Part shown: positions 35,115-46,353 of the stretch, piece by piece
How the letters are laid out: every line of letters begins with the position of its first letter
Numbering within the stretch: the first letter of the stretch is position 1
Origin: Coniocarpon cinnabarinum
Lineage: Eukaryota
NCBI GenBank assembly: GCA_051942205.1
Contig: JAVECO010000104.1
Location: forward strand, 1 to 64,000
Direction: 5' to 3'
DNA length: 64,000 nucleotides
The notes under the pieces: model-generated
Databases searched by the model: none
What the model was told of the DNA's origin: nothing
What the model saw: only the letters and a program-made list of their open reading frames with translations
Translations under genes and position numbers: made by a program

Positions 35115-36309
35115 ACCCGACATGAAGGAGGAGCGATGCCTTGGTTCGAGACCCAAGCGGTGTGCCTGGGGGAAGAGGGGTGGGGCGAGGCACAGCTCGT
35201 TCACGTTTCACACAGCTGGCGAGCCTGCAAAGTCGTCACTGCTCCACGAGGGAGGCAACAGGCCAGAGGCGTTTGGATCTTGTACGTGTAGTTCCGGTAT
35301 CTCCAATGCCGTAGCTTGAAGCGAGCATTGCCGGCGAGTATGGCCTTGTCAAGGACAGCACGTACACATTGGTCGCGGTGTGGCTCAGATCGAGGGACTA
35401 GAGTGCCACGACGGGTGCTTGCATGTTGCAACGTCGAGGTTTGCGTGCCTGTACGCGGTCTCACGAGGCGAACAGGTGGTTTAGCTTTCTCCGGGGAATA
35501 TGAGCGCACTCCTCGCGCCAAAGGGCTCCGGGAGGGAGAATTATGAAGCCTAAGCGACATAAGACTACCCGAAACCAGGCCTCTGGGAGTAGACAACGGT
35601 GCGGTGGTGCAAGCCATTGACCAACGGGGCGGTGGGGACTGGGCCAAGACGATGACAAAACTCGTGGTGTCACCATTCAGCTTGCGAGGAGCAAGGAACG
35701 CCGAGCCAGCACAGGGTCTGCACGGTTGTTGGAGATGTAACGGCCACTAAGAGATCGCAATGCAGCGCGAACGGCGGCCTCGCGGGAGCGCGGAAACTGT
35801 CCAAATCGACGCGCCCAAATGCTCCGCAGCGCCACGAGCCCCAGATGGCCGGGCTTTCCAGCGCAGTCGCGAGACAAGCGCAAGGACCGGTGCAGATCGT
35901 CGCCATGATTTGAAAAGAATGAATCGCGCCACCCACCTGTCCACGCACCGCGCTCGGGTGTCACGCTCGGGGCCCTGGTGCCTGCCATTGCCATTGCCAC
36001 CGCTGCAGGGTTCTGCTCTTCCAATGGGCGTTGCTGTGCGAGCCCCCCTCACGCTTGGTGCTTCCCCTCGTCACCAAAACGCACGAGGGCATTTGGAATG
36101 CGTGATGTGATGAGTGCCCGGTCCCCTCCCGCGCGCGGCGTGTCTGAGAGCCAGGAACCGGCTTGCTCTCCTCGCGTCTTGTGCGACACTGTCCAGACGC
36201 CCAGACTGGCGCTCCTGTCACGAGCCCGTCGAATAAATGCATGCCCCCTGCTCCACGCGTACGCTGCTCTTCTTCAAGTCAGCCACTTCTCTTCAGCACC
36301 TGTGCGGCA

Positions 36310-37551
36310 ATGAGCTTCGGTGTCTTTGAGCTCAACCGGACGTTCGAGCTGTCGAGCGTGCTGACCAAGACCAGCTCCCATTCGAACTCCAGCCCGGCAG
36401 TCTCCCAGCTTGATGGAGAGCAGGACGCCCGTGAGAGCAGCAGCAAAAGTTCCAGCGGCTCGAGCCCTGAAGAAAAGCTCAAGGTTTCACTGAGGGGCGA
36501 CACGTCCTCGAAGACCGGCCTGTACAAGTTCATCAACAGCTCCAAACCTCTCGACCTCAAAGCATCTGAACACCGCAAGACTGTTCGCTCCCAGGCTGCC
36601 CGCCTCCAGCCTCTACTGGATGAAGATGACGCCGCGACCAAAGCTAGAAAACGTCGTCGACACACCCGTCTCAACCGTAATGTCACCTTTCGCATTGACC
36701 TGCGAGTGTCCGGAGCGGCTCCGCGGACACCCAAAAGATCTGAAGGGAACGCAACTGAGACTCGTGAACGTACAAAGGCAGAGTCCCCAAGGTTGACCAG
36801 GAGTCCTGGTGGAGGATGGCCCATGCCATTCGACAATTTAGCAGCTCGAAAGCGCGCATTTACGCCATGTATGATTTCTCACTGTAGGTCACCTTGAAAT
36901 AACCACCTTCACATGTCATCTTGCCTGATAGGAACGTTTTGCAGGCCGGCTGACAATGCACAGACCTGACTGTCCTTGCGACCAACATTCCAGAGCTCGA
37001 CCTTGCTCAGCCAGGCCTTCTTCGCTCGCTCTGGTTTCCTATGGCGTGAGTTTTAACCCACTTCATAACGTTCCACATGCCGCTGGTCACTGACAACGTG
37101 AATCTGCAGACTCACTGAGCCTGCAACCTTCCAGGTCATCCTGCTGACGGCAGCGTCGCATTATGCGATGATCAACAACTTGCAGCAAGCCGCCGACCTT
37201 CTCCAGCTACGTCAAGAGACGCTCAGACTCATCAACGAGCTGCTGCGTGACAATCGCAAGGCATGCACCGACGCCGCTATTGCCGCTATTGCCAAGCTGG
37301 CAAGTTACGAAGCCCAATTTGGCGACCCAGCCCTCTACCAAATCCACATGGAGGGCTTGCTCCGTTTGGTAGTGATGCGAGGAGGACTCAGCAAGCTGGG
37401 ATTAGATGGGTTGCTGATGCGAATGCTACTCTGGATCGATGTCAACGCCCGTCACCTCATCAACACCCCGTTGTACATTGCTTCGTGCTTTGTAGACCGG
37501 GGTCACGAGCTTCCGCTGCCGAATCCAGCGCTGTACATTGGCGGTGTATGA
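36310..37551 (+). CDS. Fungal transcription-factor-like protein (C-terminal helical domain, no Zn2Cys6 cluster seen)
   Basis: FINSS..RKTVRSQAAR motif, two introns, and C-terminal TDAAIAAIAKLASYE..HMEGLLRLVVMRGGLSKLG. Confidence 0.7.
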
Positions 37552-38318
37552 CTGTTGTGGGGAGGTGCTCCTCTGAGACTCTGTCGGCTATGCGACCGTG
37601 CCCGAAGAGTGCAATAAGTCAATGTTGGCGCACTCATTGGAACGCGGTTCTACATTTGGCACCTGCTTTAGCAGCGGTTGCGTGCGAGAAGAGAAAGTAT
37701 CAATGGTGCGGTAGGCTATCCGGTGGTGAAGCGGCGTTGAAAGGTTACAGGCGTGAAGAGTGAGACGGCAGAGGATTAATTACGGGTTTTGGGTGGTATG
37801 ACGGTAGTCAAGTGAGTGTTTGAAGGAGGCCGCAACATGCCACCGCCCAAGCCCATACTGTCCCTAAAGGGGCAAAGGGAGGATAGGCTTGATCCAAAAA
37901 TTGAGTCGCTCATCGTCCGGACGACTGCCAGGATTCTGCATGCGGGCCCCGGGGAGGCGATGCGTGTGGACTGCGTTGTGTGGGGGGCGGAACGCTAAGA
38001 GGACTGGTGGAGCTGCGGCGCCTAAAAATAGCTCCCAAAGACATCTGACCACCAACACGTCGCTTCTTCATCTCGCGCTCATTGCTCGGTCTCATCCCTT
38101 TACCCCGCCCAGTCGAACGTCTCCTGGTCGATCCGCGTTTCTGTTCGGCTGTCTGAGACTGTCTGGCTCTGCTCTCGGCCGGGCCATTGCCGGAGCGTCG
38201 AGCACGCAGACGCGGTAGACACGCGCCGCCGGCATGAGGTGGCAGAAGGAGTTGCAGGCTCAGGAACTTGACGCGCCCCAAGCAGCCCCACGCAGCCCAA
38301 AGCAGAGAGACGTCTCAA

Positions 38319-38374
38319 GAGACCGAGACCGAGAGCCAGAGCCAGAGCCAGAGCCAGAGCCAGAGACAGAGCCG
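38319..38374. repeat. (GAGCCA)n hexanucleotide microsatellite
   Basis: Five perfect units at 38333-38362, plus degenerate flanking units. Confidence 0.9.
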
Positions 38375-38852
38375 GGCCCGCCATCCGCGCTGCTCCATCA
38401 TGGCCCCAAGCCTCCCCCGGCTGACTCGCGTGGCCCTGGCGCCTTTCCTCCTCCAGTGCAACGTCACACACTTTTCTATCCCGAGCTTCTCTCTCTCTCT
38501 GCGACTCCCCTGACACCTTTATCACGTCGTCGCTGGCTCTGCACGCGCGCTACTGCCTTGTCCACGGATTCCAGCTCGATTGATCCTCGCCAGTCATATC
38601 CTCATCGTGTAGGTGCTCCTTGCTGCCCAGTGACAGCCACGGGCCCACTTCAATTCCACGCTCGCAGCGGCAAAGCAACTAGTGGCTTGGCTCGACCGCT
38701 CGTAATCCTTCTGTTCCTCGTTTGACGCCGGATCTCTGTCCAGCATGGCTTCTTTCCCTTATTAGACGCTTGTCGCACCGGCGCCCCCCGGTCGTCCCGT
38801 AATAATAATACCACGAGACGCTGCAGTAAGCTCACCTGCATCACGGGCAGCC

Positions 38853-40199
38853 ATGCTAAAGCACGCTCACACCCACATCATTAGCATCACCGGTCGCTGT
38901 GACACTGCATCCATGCTCACAGTACCGATGAATTTGCCCCATAGCTCGCCATATCATCTCGGGAGCGGTCAGTCACTCGAGCAGCTTGCGCCTCCGCGAG
39001 CAAGGTCAACCTCACCCCTGCAAAAGTTATGGGACTGGCAATACAAAGGCCGCACGCCTCAACCGAGTGAGAGTCATGCATCGCACCCCAATCACGAGCG
39101 CCCTGTGTCATACAACGACTCAGTCGTGCGAACCGAACGCGAGATGGTCCCGGCACCTTTAAGGAACACGTCCAGGAAGTCGATCCCGGCGAAATCGCGA
39201 CCAACCAGCTCACAAAGATCCAGCTATGACGGCGGGCACCTACAGTCCCAAGTGCGGTCGTCGTCACGGAGCCCGAAACTGAAGCACAAGATATCGCGAC
39301 CGCTTCCGCTTGAGCTACAGGAAACCAGGCCTGGAGAATACGTTCTTCCAGCCACTGTATATTCTCAACCCCCGTCAGAGACGCACCACCCACGTCATCA
39401 TCACCAACGGTCGCGAGAATCAAATCGACACTCCCTCAACCCTCCTACGATTGCCGAACCTCAGCCCTCGAGTCGAGATCGATTGATCAGATATCACACG
39501 ACGCGCGACATAGCCGCGAGTGCATCTGCACCAACGACGCCTCGCAACCTGCCGCCGCAATGGCCACTGCCCTCTCCGCCTCAGCCGCCGAGCAGGACCG
39601 CCGATTTCCGCAAAAGCACCTTCACGACTGCTAACGATTTCAACTTATTTGCGGAGGCTCTATCAGGGCTGGGTCCTGAGCCCAGCTCTGCATCAATGTC
39701 AGGCTGCTTATCCGCAGCACCTTTGCTCGAACCTTCTACGAGTGCAAGCAGTGCCACGCTGATCTCTCCCCTCACACCCCAGGATCAAATCCCAAGCTTC
39801 TCGTCACATTCTCTCAGAGCCCTCAACACTAGTAGCACATTTCCACCACCTAATGCCAGCAGTCCGCCGCGTTGCACACCCTTCATACGCAGCCAATCGA
39901 GTTTTGACATTGGGTCAAGTCCATCAATCGAGACCCCACAAACAGCCATACAACGTGACCTCGCCATGTCCGGGGCCATGATTGGACTTAATATTGAGCC
40001 AAATCCAGGGGAGATTCAACAACAATCTCAATCTCAGCATCAATTACCAGATGATGACGAGGCGCCGGCAGACGATGAATTACCGGACTATGAGCAGAGT
40101 CAACGCGAAGCCGCCGATGCAGCCCGGATAAAGGCGTTGAACCGAGCAGCCGAGCTGGAGAGTCGATGGGCGGCCAGCGCGCCCCACAGAAGAAGGTAG
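38853..40199 (+). CDS. Pro/Ser-rich hypothetical protein
   Basis: 448-aa ORF (start may be the downstream MLTVP) ending DDELPDYEQSQREA..RAAELESRW. Confidence 0.7.
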   Translation: MLKHAHTHIISITGRCDTASMLTVPMNLPHSSPYHLGSGQSLEQLAPPRARSTSPLQKLWDWQYKGRTPQPSESHASHPNHERPVSYNDSVVRTEREMVPAPLRNTSRKSIPAKSRPTSSQRSSYDGGHLQSQVRSSSRSPKLKHKISRPLPLELQETRPGEYVLPATVYSQPPSETHHPRHHHQRSRESNRHSLNPPTIAEPQPSSRDRLIRYHTTRDIAASASAPTTPRNLPPQWPLPSPPQPPSRTADFRKSTFTTANDFNLFAEALSGLGPEPSSASMSGCLSAAPLLEPSTSASSATLISPLTPQDQIPSFSSHSLRALNTSSTFPPPNASSPPRCTPFIRSQSSFDIGSSPSIETPQTAIQRDLAMSGAMIGLNIEPNPGEIQQQSQSQHQLPDDDEAPADDELPDYEQSQREAADAARIKALNRAAELESRWAASAPHRRR

Positions 40200-40717
40200 T
40201 GAGACGTTGCGAAAGTTGTGCTTTCCTCCAAGAGGGTTCAGTCTGTGTCGCGAGCGACGTGTGATACCCAGTCCATAGCGGTGAAAACTGCAACCGTGAT
40301 CATTGAGCACATGGCACAGAACTCGAAGTTCGTAACGACGCGTCGCCGGCGATGTCGGCCAGGAATTAGTAATCGTCGGACTAAAGGTTCGTCTGGATGT
40401 CGATGATCATGGTGGCGGCGACGCTCGTGCTTTGAAGAGGAACAATGGTGGTGTTTAGAGATCATGAGAAATGGCAGCTTTGGAAGACGGAAGTCACGTT
40501 CAAGAATAATCAGGAGAAACATCAGGAGGGAAGTCTCTATGTAATAGTTGATAGGGGATCAATAATTGATAAGAAGGCAGATGACCTTCACAGACATCTG
40601 TCAGGCGTGCACCTGAACGTGGATTGTCTACAGGAGAAACTCGTGCCACCACCTTGGTTTACTAGGGCCACCGCTCCCATACAAATTATGTCTGTGCGCG
40701 TAGTACAGTATCTCAAT

Positions 40718-43326
40718 ATATGGCACCACTTAAACTTCTATACATATAGGTACTTTCTCCCGTCGTCCACCCAGCCCAGTGGTTGCCTGAAACGAATGCC
40801 CAAGAACTCAATAGGAAATGATCAGCGCGATCACGCGAATACCACCGTCTTCCTATTTGGTACGATGACTCTTCTTCGCCAAAGCCGCATCCCTTTTTTC
40901 CTCAGGCTCATCAATTCTGCCTCATGTCTTAACGCATCCGCATCGTGAGAGCACTCCCTTACCAGGCTCGCTCACGTGTTTTCAATGTAGACATACTGGG
41001 GACCTCCAAACGCCGCTCTTATTGCAACATCTAGTGGAATTTGGAGGACGAATAAGGGAACTGATGCCGCTTCGCCAATTGCTTCGGAATGAATGATAAG
41101 AGTACGTGGTTGATGTGGGTTGATCCGCAATTTGCGAGCGTTAAAGTCTGCGCTTCGACTCAGCGAATGTCTTTCAAGAAAATGCTTATGACGCGCACCT
41201 ATTTCTTTCACGGCTTTTCGAGACCTCTTCTGCGTGGTCATATTGAACACTATGGGCATGGTTCGTGCCACAAGTTGAGGGTGTGTGGATGGGAGTCGCT
41301 ACAGTGCTAGGATTCTGAGCTCTTGTAAACTGTGCGCTCCAACGGCTGATTCAGCAGGGACAGAAACAGAGCGGCTGATGAGTCTAAAAGAAAAAATGGG
41401 TGGATTGCTTCTTGGAAGCACGCCGTCGATAGGACCTTTTTTTTCCTTTTATGGAGGATCGCGGTGGCGCAAGAGCGCATAGACTCGGTGCCACTTGCCG
41501 AACGCCGGTATCTCGCCACCACATCAGGTTTGCTGACGCTCAGTGGCGGGCCGAATCTGGCACTGTCAATGATGATGACGATGATGCTGACATCCTACCG
41601 TACGGTGCTGCCTAAAACAATGTTCTACAGGTCATTGGCATAGTAATGTGACCATGGAGAGGGCCTTCTATGCAGGCTCAGGGAGCACAAAGCACAAGAC
41701 ACAAATGCGTTTTTAGAACCATGCTAGCCCTGAACTTCTCGGAAATTTCATTCTCGCAGTGCAGTAGGTACACAATTGGAGCCAATACTATCACTTCGAG
41801 ACTGGCTAGCCAAGAACAATTTTCGTTGCGTGGAGACATTATTTCCGAAGAGATTCCACTGCTGAGGGACAAGAGATATCATTTGTAAAAATGTCACGTG
41901 CGTGTTGCTCATTTTCTGTACGTAACATAAACACTTTGGTGAATGCCGACGCAGCGCTTCAGCAACATTCCGAGTGGGATCTCTACCCTGTCAGATCACG
42001 ACATTAGTACGTTTAAACCCAGCAAAAGCAAACTTTGTGGTACTCTGATGTGGCAGGAACAGATGTTGTTATCAAATACGTCAAGCTTCCGTAAAGGATG
42101 CCAAAGCTTAGCGGTCTGCTAGACTCACCTGGCTAACGGGGTCATTGCAGCATCGCCCTCGGGCTCCGAAAGCACAACAACAGCTCGCTGACCCCGTTCT
42201 AAAGGGATCTTTTTGTCTCTCTCATCTGCACACAGCCCAGATTAACCCCGCTTTCGCGCCAGCCACTAAATGATCATACCCTTGGCTCTCTTTGAGATTT
42301 GGTTATGATAGGCGTCATAGACAAGGACCATGTCGGTAAGGCGTACGTGCTGGTGGCAAGACACGTACTCTGTCAATACTCCGAACAGCAACACTTCAGG
42401 AAATGCTTGATGATGATGAATGACGCAGGTCACACTTTCCAACAAACCGCTGAGGCTCCTACAGACCGGAGAAGGGGGAAGACACGCTTGAAACCATGAT
42501 TGTGAACGCCAACGTCAAAATCCCCAAGCAGAGCTTGACCGGGACTACGGAAGAGCAAGGCATTATGATGAGCTAACTTGAGTCCGCAGCCTCACAAAAC
42601 TTTTGCTCATCCTGCGGCACAAAATCGAGTAGAATTTCACGGGGAACCGGGAACGCTTGCTGCGCAGATGCATACATCATGAGCTGCATCAGCTGCACCA
42701 AGGCGCATGGCTTGGCCCACCGTCAATAGTACCTAGACATCGGACTTTCAACCGCTGTAATGAGGTGAACATAGTATTCGAATGTTCTGAGAGGCCGTGA
42801 CGATATCCATGCCGACTTTGGCGCTTAAAAGACAGAAAGCTGGGCCACGGACAATCGCCAGAAAGGAATAAACATATCTTCTCTGACACAAAGGAGAGGG
42901 CGGCCAGGATTCTGCCGCATTGCTCACCGCCTGAATGCTACACTTGGCGGAATTGACGGCATCGTCCATTCATCATCCAATGAGACTGCAGTCTAGGCCT
43001 GGTCCCTCGTCTGTCAGCCGGCGGGTAGAGGAACCGCCGCAGTAAGAAAGATACATGCGTAGTTTGAGCGGCAGACTGTGACAATGGTCATCCAAGCTTA
43101 AGCATTGCAACCGACCAGAAGGCTTTTGTATCGTATACTGACAATACCGGAAAGCACGAATCAATGTGCAAGACCCACAAAAATCGAAGCCGCGTCTTGA
43201 TGAATACGCGTTGTGATTGGCGCCTTGATGGAGCCGCAAGAGATTACTGCACTCGTGCTCCACACCTGGACCGCACTTGCGCAGCGCTGCCTTCCCTATT
43301 TTCATCACGTGAGCGACTTCTCGCAT
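40718..43326 (-). pseudogene. Probable degenerate protein kinase (possibly kinase-vWA) gene
   Basis: One minus frame, broken by stops, gives QAMRLGAADAAH, NALLF..LLGDFD, TYALP and SGVNLGCV in kinase subdomain order. Weaker vWA-like remnants lie toward 40.7-41.2 kb. Boundaries are approximate. Confidence 0.4.
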
Positions 43327-43620
43327 GGACGACCAATAGCAGCTTGGTGCTGATCAAATGACCAAATGAAAATGCCAAAGGACCATGTGTCTCTCAGGAG
43401 CAGATGTACTGGGTACAAAGGGCGTGCAGCCGTCTGCACTAGGCCATCTGCGTGGGGCGCATTTGCGCCCATTAAGTATGCTTCGCAACCTGGATGACGA
43501 AAAGCGTTGATAGTTTTCTCTTAGGCTGCACAAACACGAAGAGCAAGACTCGTGCCTTTCGACGATAGAACATGGTGCTTCAAGTCAGGCCATGAGAACT
43601 CGATTGCCAGGAACGTGGCG

Positions 43621-43740
43621 AAAAGATACGTACCTGCTTTTCACAACGATCATCGGTGATGAGAGATACGTACCTACTTTTCAAAACGATCATCGGTGAG
43701 AAAAGATACGTACCTCATTGTCGCAACGATCATTGGTGAG
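43621..43740. repeat. 3 x 40-bp tandem repeat
   Basis: Units at 43621, 43661 and 43701 follow the pattern ..AGATACGTACCT..TT.TC..AACGATCAT(C/T)GGTGA. Confidence 0.92.
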
Positions 43741-44514
43741 AAGTGGGTCCCGCCGACCTCATCTGCACGCATTCAAGGCCAGGTTTTCAGCTCGTGCTAA
43801 GCCTCACACGAGAACTTGACCTGCTACTGATATAGACAGCTTTACCTACCAGGCAACGAAGTATGGCATTTCTTCACATGAAAGGCTTGATTGTGTTCAT
43901 GAGGCTTTCCGGGTCCGCCCAAGCCATCACAGCATAGGCACAAAGTGACCGCAGCGGCAGACTTTGGACGCAAGGTGTGTATCAGATGCAGACCCCACTT
44001 CAGATGCATGACACACATCTGCCAACGCACCTCGGTCATCAACGAAGTCACGGCGACTGCTACCCTTACAAAGTTTTGGATGTAATACACTGCCGCTCTT
44101 CGCTCGGGAAGATCAAGCTACCTTTGTACAAGATTAGACTTGCTAAAGGATTCAATATTTGCCATCACAAGGACCACGAATTTTTGGTACTCACGAAGAT
44201 GCACATTACGCGTGTATGAATCATATTTGTGCACGGCACCTGCATATTCGTTGCAACCAGTGGTAGAGCAGGCAAATCACTCCACAAGACCTGTCATGTA
44301 GCAGTACGCTTCAATGCAGAAGCGTAAAGCGTGTCGCCTGATACAGGCAGGCTTACTACAGTAAGGAAGGTGGAATCGTCTGCAAGAAGAGCCTCAATAA
44401 CAGCTAGGGTCTGGCTTCGCTTCTGGGGATCAAAAGATCGCCTGACCAGTATCGCTCAAGATCCGAAGGCTAGTTCCCACATCCACTTACTTGGCTCCTG
44501 AAATCTTTGAGTTA

Positions 44515-46353
44515 ATGGCGAGAAATACTGACTCGGCTAGCCACTTTGTTACTGACGAGCCTCAACCAGGTCCATGGGAACCAGGTCCGTGGGAATTTCC
44601 TACTGTAGTGTCTTTAGGTTTGTACAGAGTATTCTGAGGGTGCAGTTCCTGGAACCAAACTAAGACGAAAACATTAGACGGTGGTGGCATCCGAGGCCTA
44701 TCCACTCTTCTCATTCTCAAAGCGATCTTTATCGAGGTCGCACACCTGGACCCTGACCATCGTTCAAGTCATGATGAGAATGGCAATGGCGAGGTTGTTG
44801 CGAGGCCGTGTCATTACATCGACCACATGGTCGGAACGAGCACAGGAGGGTGAGTGGCCGGCAGATGTCGACGGTGACACCAATCAACTAAAGTGTTGAA
44901 AGACTAATAGCTATCATGCTTGGCCGACTACGCATGTCGATACAAGAAGCTATTGAAGTTTACTTACGCTTTGGCAATGAAGTTTTTGGAAATCCAAGGC
45001 CGCTAGGTCTGCTGCCACGATATTCTGCTTCAGCCTTTGAAAAGGTGTTGAAAAGCGTGTTAAGAGGTCATTATGCTAACGAACCGGGCGACGGGGAAGA
45101 AGCCCTTATGAGGCAGGATGATTTCAGTGATGAATTCGAAAGAAGATGCATGACGTGAGTCTACACAACCAGTGGTCGAGCTCGTGGCTGATCAGCGCAG
45201 GACGATTATATCATTCAGACCAAAGCCTGATGGGCATTTCGACAACACTTGGCTATTCAGGAGTTACGATCATGTCCACAGCTACGACGAAAACCTTGGC
45301 GTTCTGCGGAATCCTGGATTCGTCGAATTTGGGGTGAATCCTGGTGTGAAAATATGGGAAGTAGCACGTGCCACAACAGCTGCACCAACGTACTTCGAAG
45401 AAATGAAAGTTGGCACACACACGTATCTTGATGGCGGATTGGGAGCCAACAACCCAGCGCATCTCGCGTATAACAATGCGAGACAAATATCTAAAAATGC
45501 AGACCATCGTTTGGCTGTGTTGATCTCGATAGGGACCGGTAAGCCTTGTTCTCATGTCTCTCCATGTTAATTGGATAAGGATCGGGCAAGCTACTAGAGC
45601 AAAGCTATGCATCTACTGCTGGGTTCACCATGTATCAAGGATCTTTTCGATGCGAATTGTCACGCTTGTGAAGAAAGTAAGTCAATGAGGTTTGCGTGCT
45701 AAGGCTCTTACTCAGGTGTTCGCAAGTCCCGATCACCGTTTGGACGACTTCCTTTGCTGGGAAACGTCTTGGGTGTTCTGGGGCTGGCAAGGTACAACCT
45801 CACCGATACTGAGCAAACTCATGAATACATGAAAGACATTATCAGTGCTTCCAGGGGGAGCCAAACTCTTTACCAACGCTTCAACGTTGACGTAGATCTA
45901 CACGACATGCAGCTGGATGAATGGAAACGCTATAGGCCTTCTAAACGAACCCTCAACCAGCGCGAGAGCAGAGTGCAACAGCTCGATGTTGGCCGTGAGC
46001 TTGACGACAAGCCAACCATTCCTAATTTGTTGCACAGTGGTGCCAGTGAAGACTTCAAGAACATTCTCCGCGACGTCAAAACAGTCAATAGACTTCAGGA
46101 GGCGACACGGAAATATCTCAAGCGCGAAACGACCCAGCCGGGTACACCTACTCTTCCAGCAGTACGACCTTACATCTACAAATGTGCACACAAACTGGTT
46201 GAACAGGCGAAAGGTCGCAGAGAAGATAGCGACGACCGGTGGCGGTACTTCATAGGAGAGCACGACAATGAAATCCTATCGCAAGGAAGCAAGACGTTCA
46301 AGCAGACGAGTCCGGAGTTGAACCGTAATTCTACGTGGAATGATAATAGATGA
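44515..46353 (+). CDS. Patatin-like phospholipase
   Basis: Four introns give SL|DGGGIRG, GTSTGG|LIAIMLGRL, IWEVARATTAAPTYF, YLDGGLGANNP, ISIGTG and YQRFNV. The catalytic Ser-Asp dyad motifs are intact. Confidence 0.9.

Noticed and set aside
35201..36313. Overlapping 70-150 aa ORFs on both strands
   Set aside because: This is GC-rich intergenic DNA with no motifs or consistent splice structure.
38100..38725. ORFs with poly-(PE), (LA) or (SQ) runs
   Set aside because: The runs are translations of the GAGCCA microsatellite in a likely promoter/5' UTR.
43621..43740. CRISPR-like array
   Set aside because: The units are contiguous with no unique spacers, the context is eukaryotic, and there are no cas genes.
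45580..45677. Extra exon inside the last patatin intron (internal AG and GTAAGT)
   Set aside because: Inclusion introduces an in-frame TGA. A single intron from ~45539 to 45715 restores the frame.
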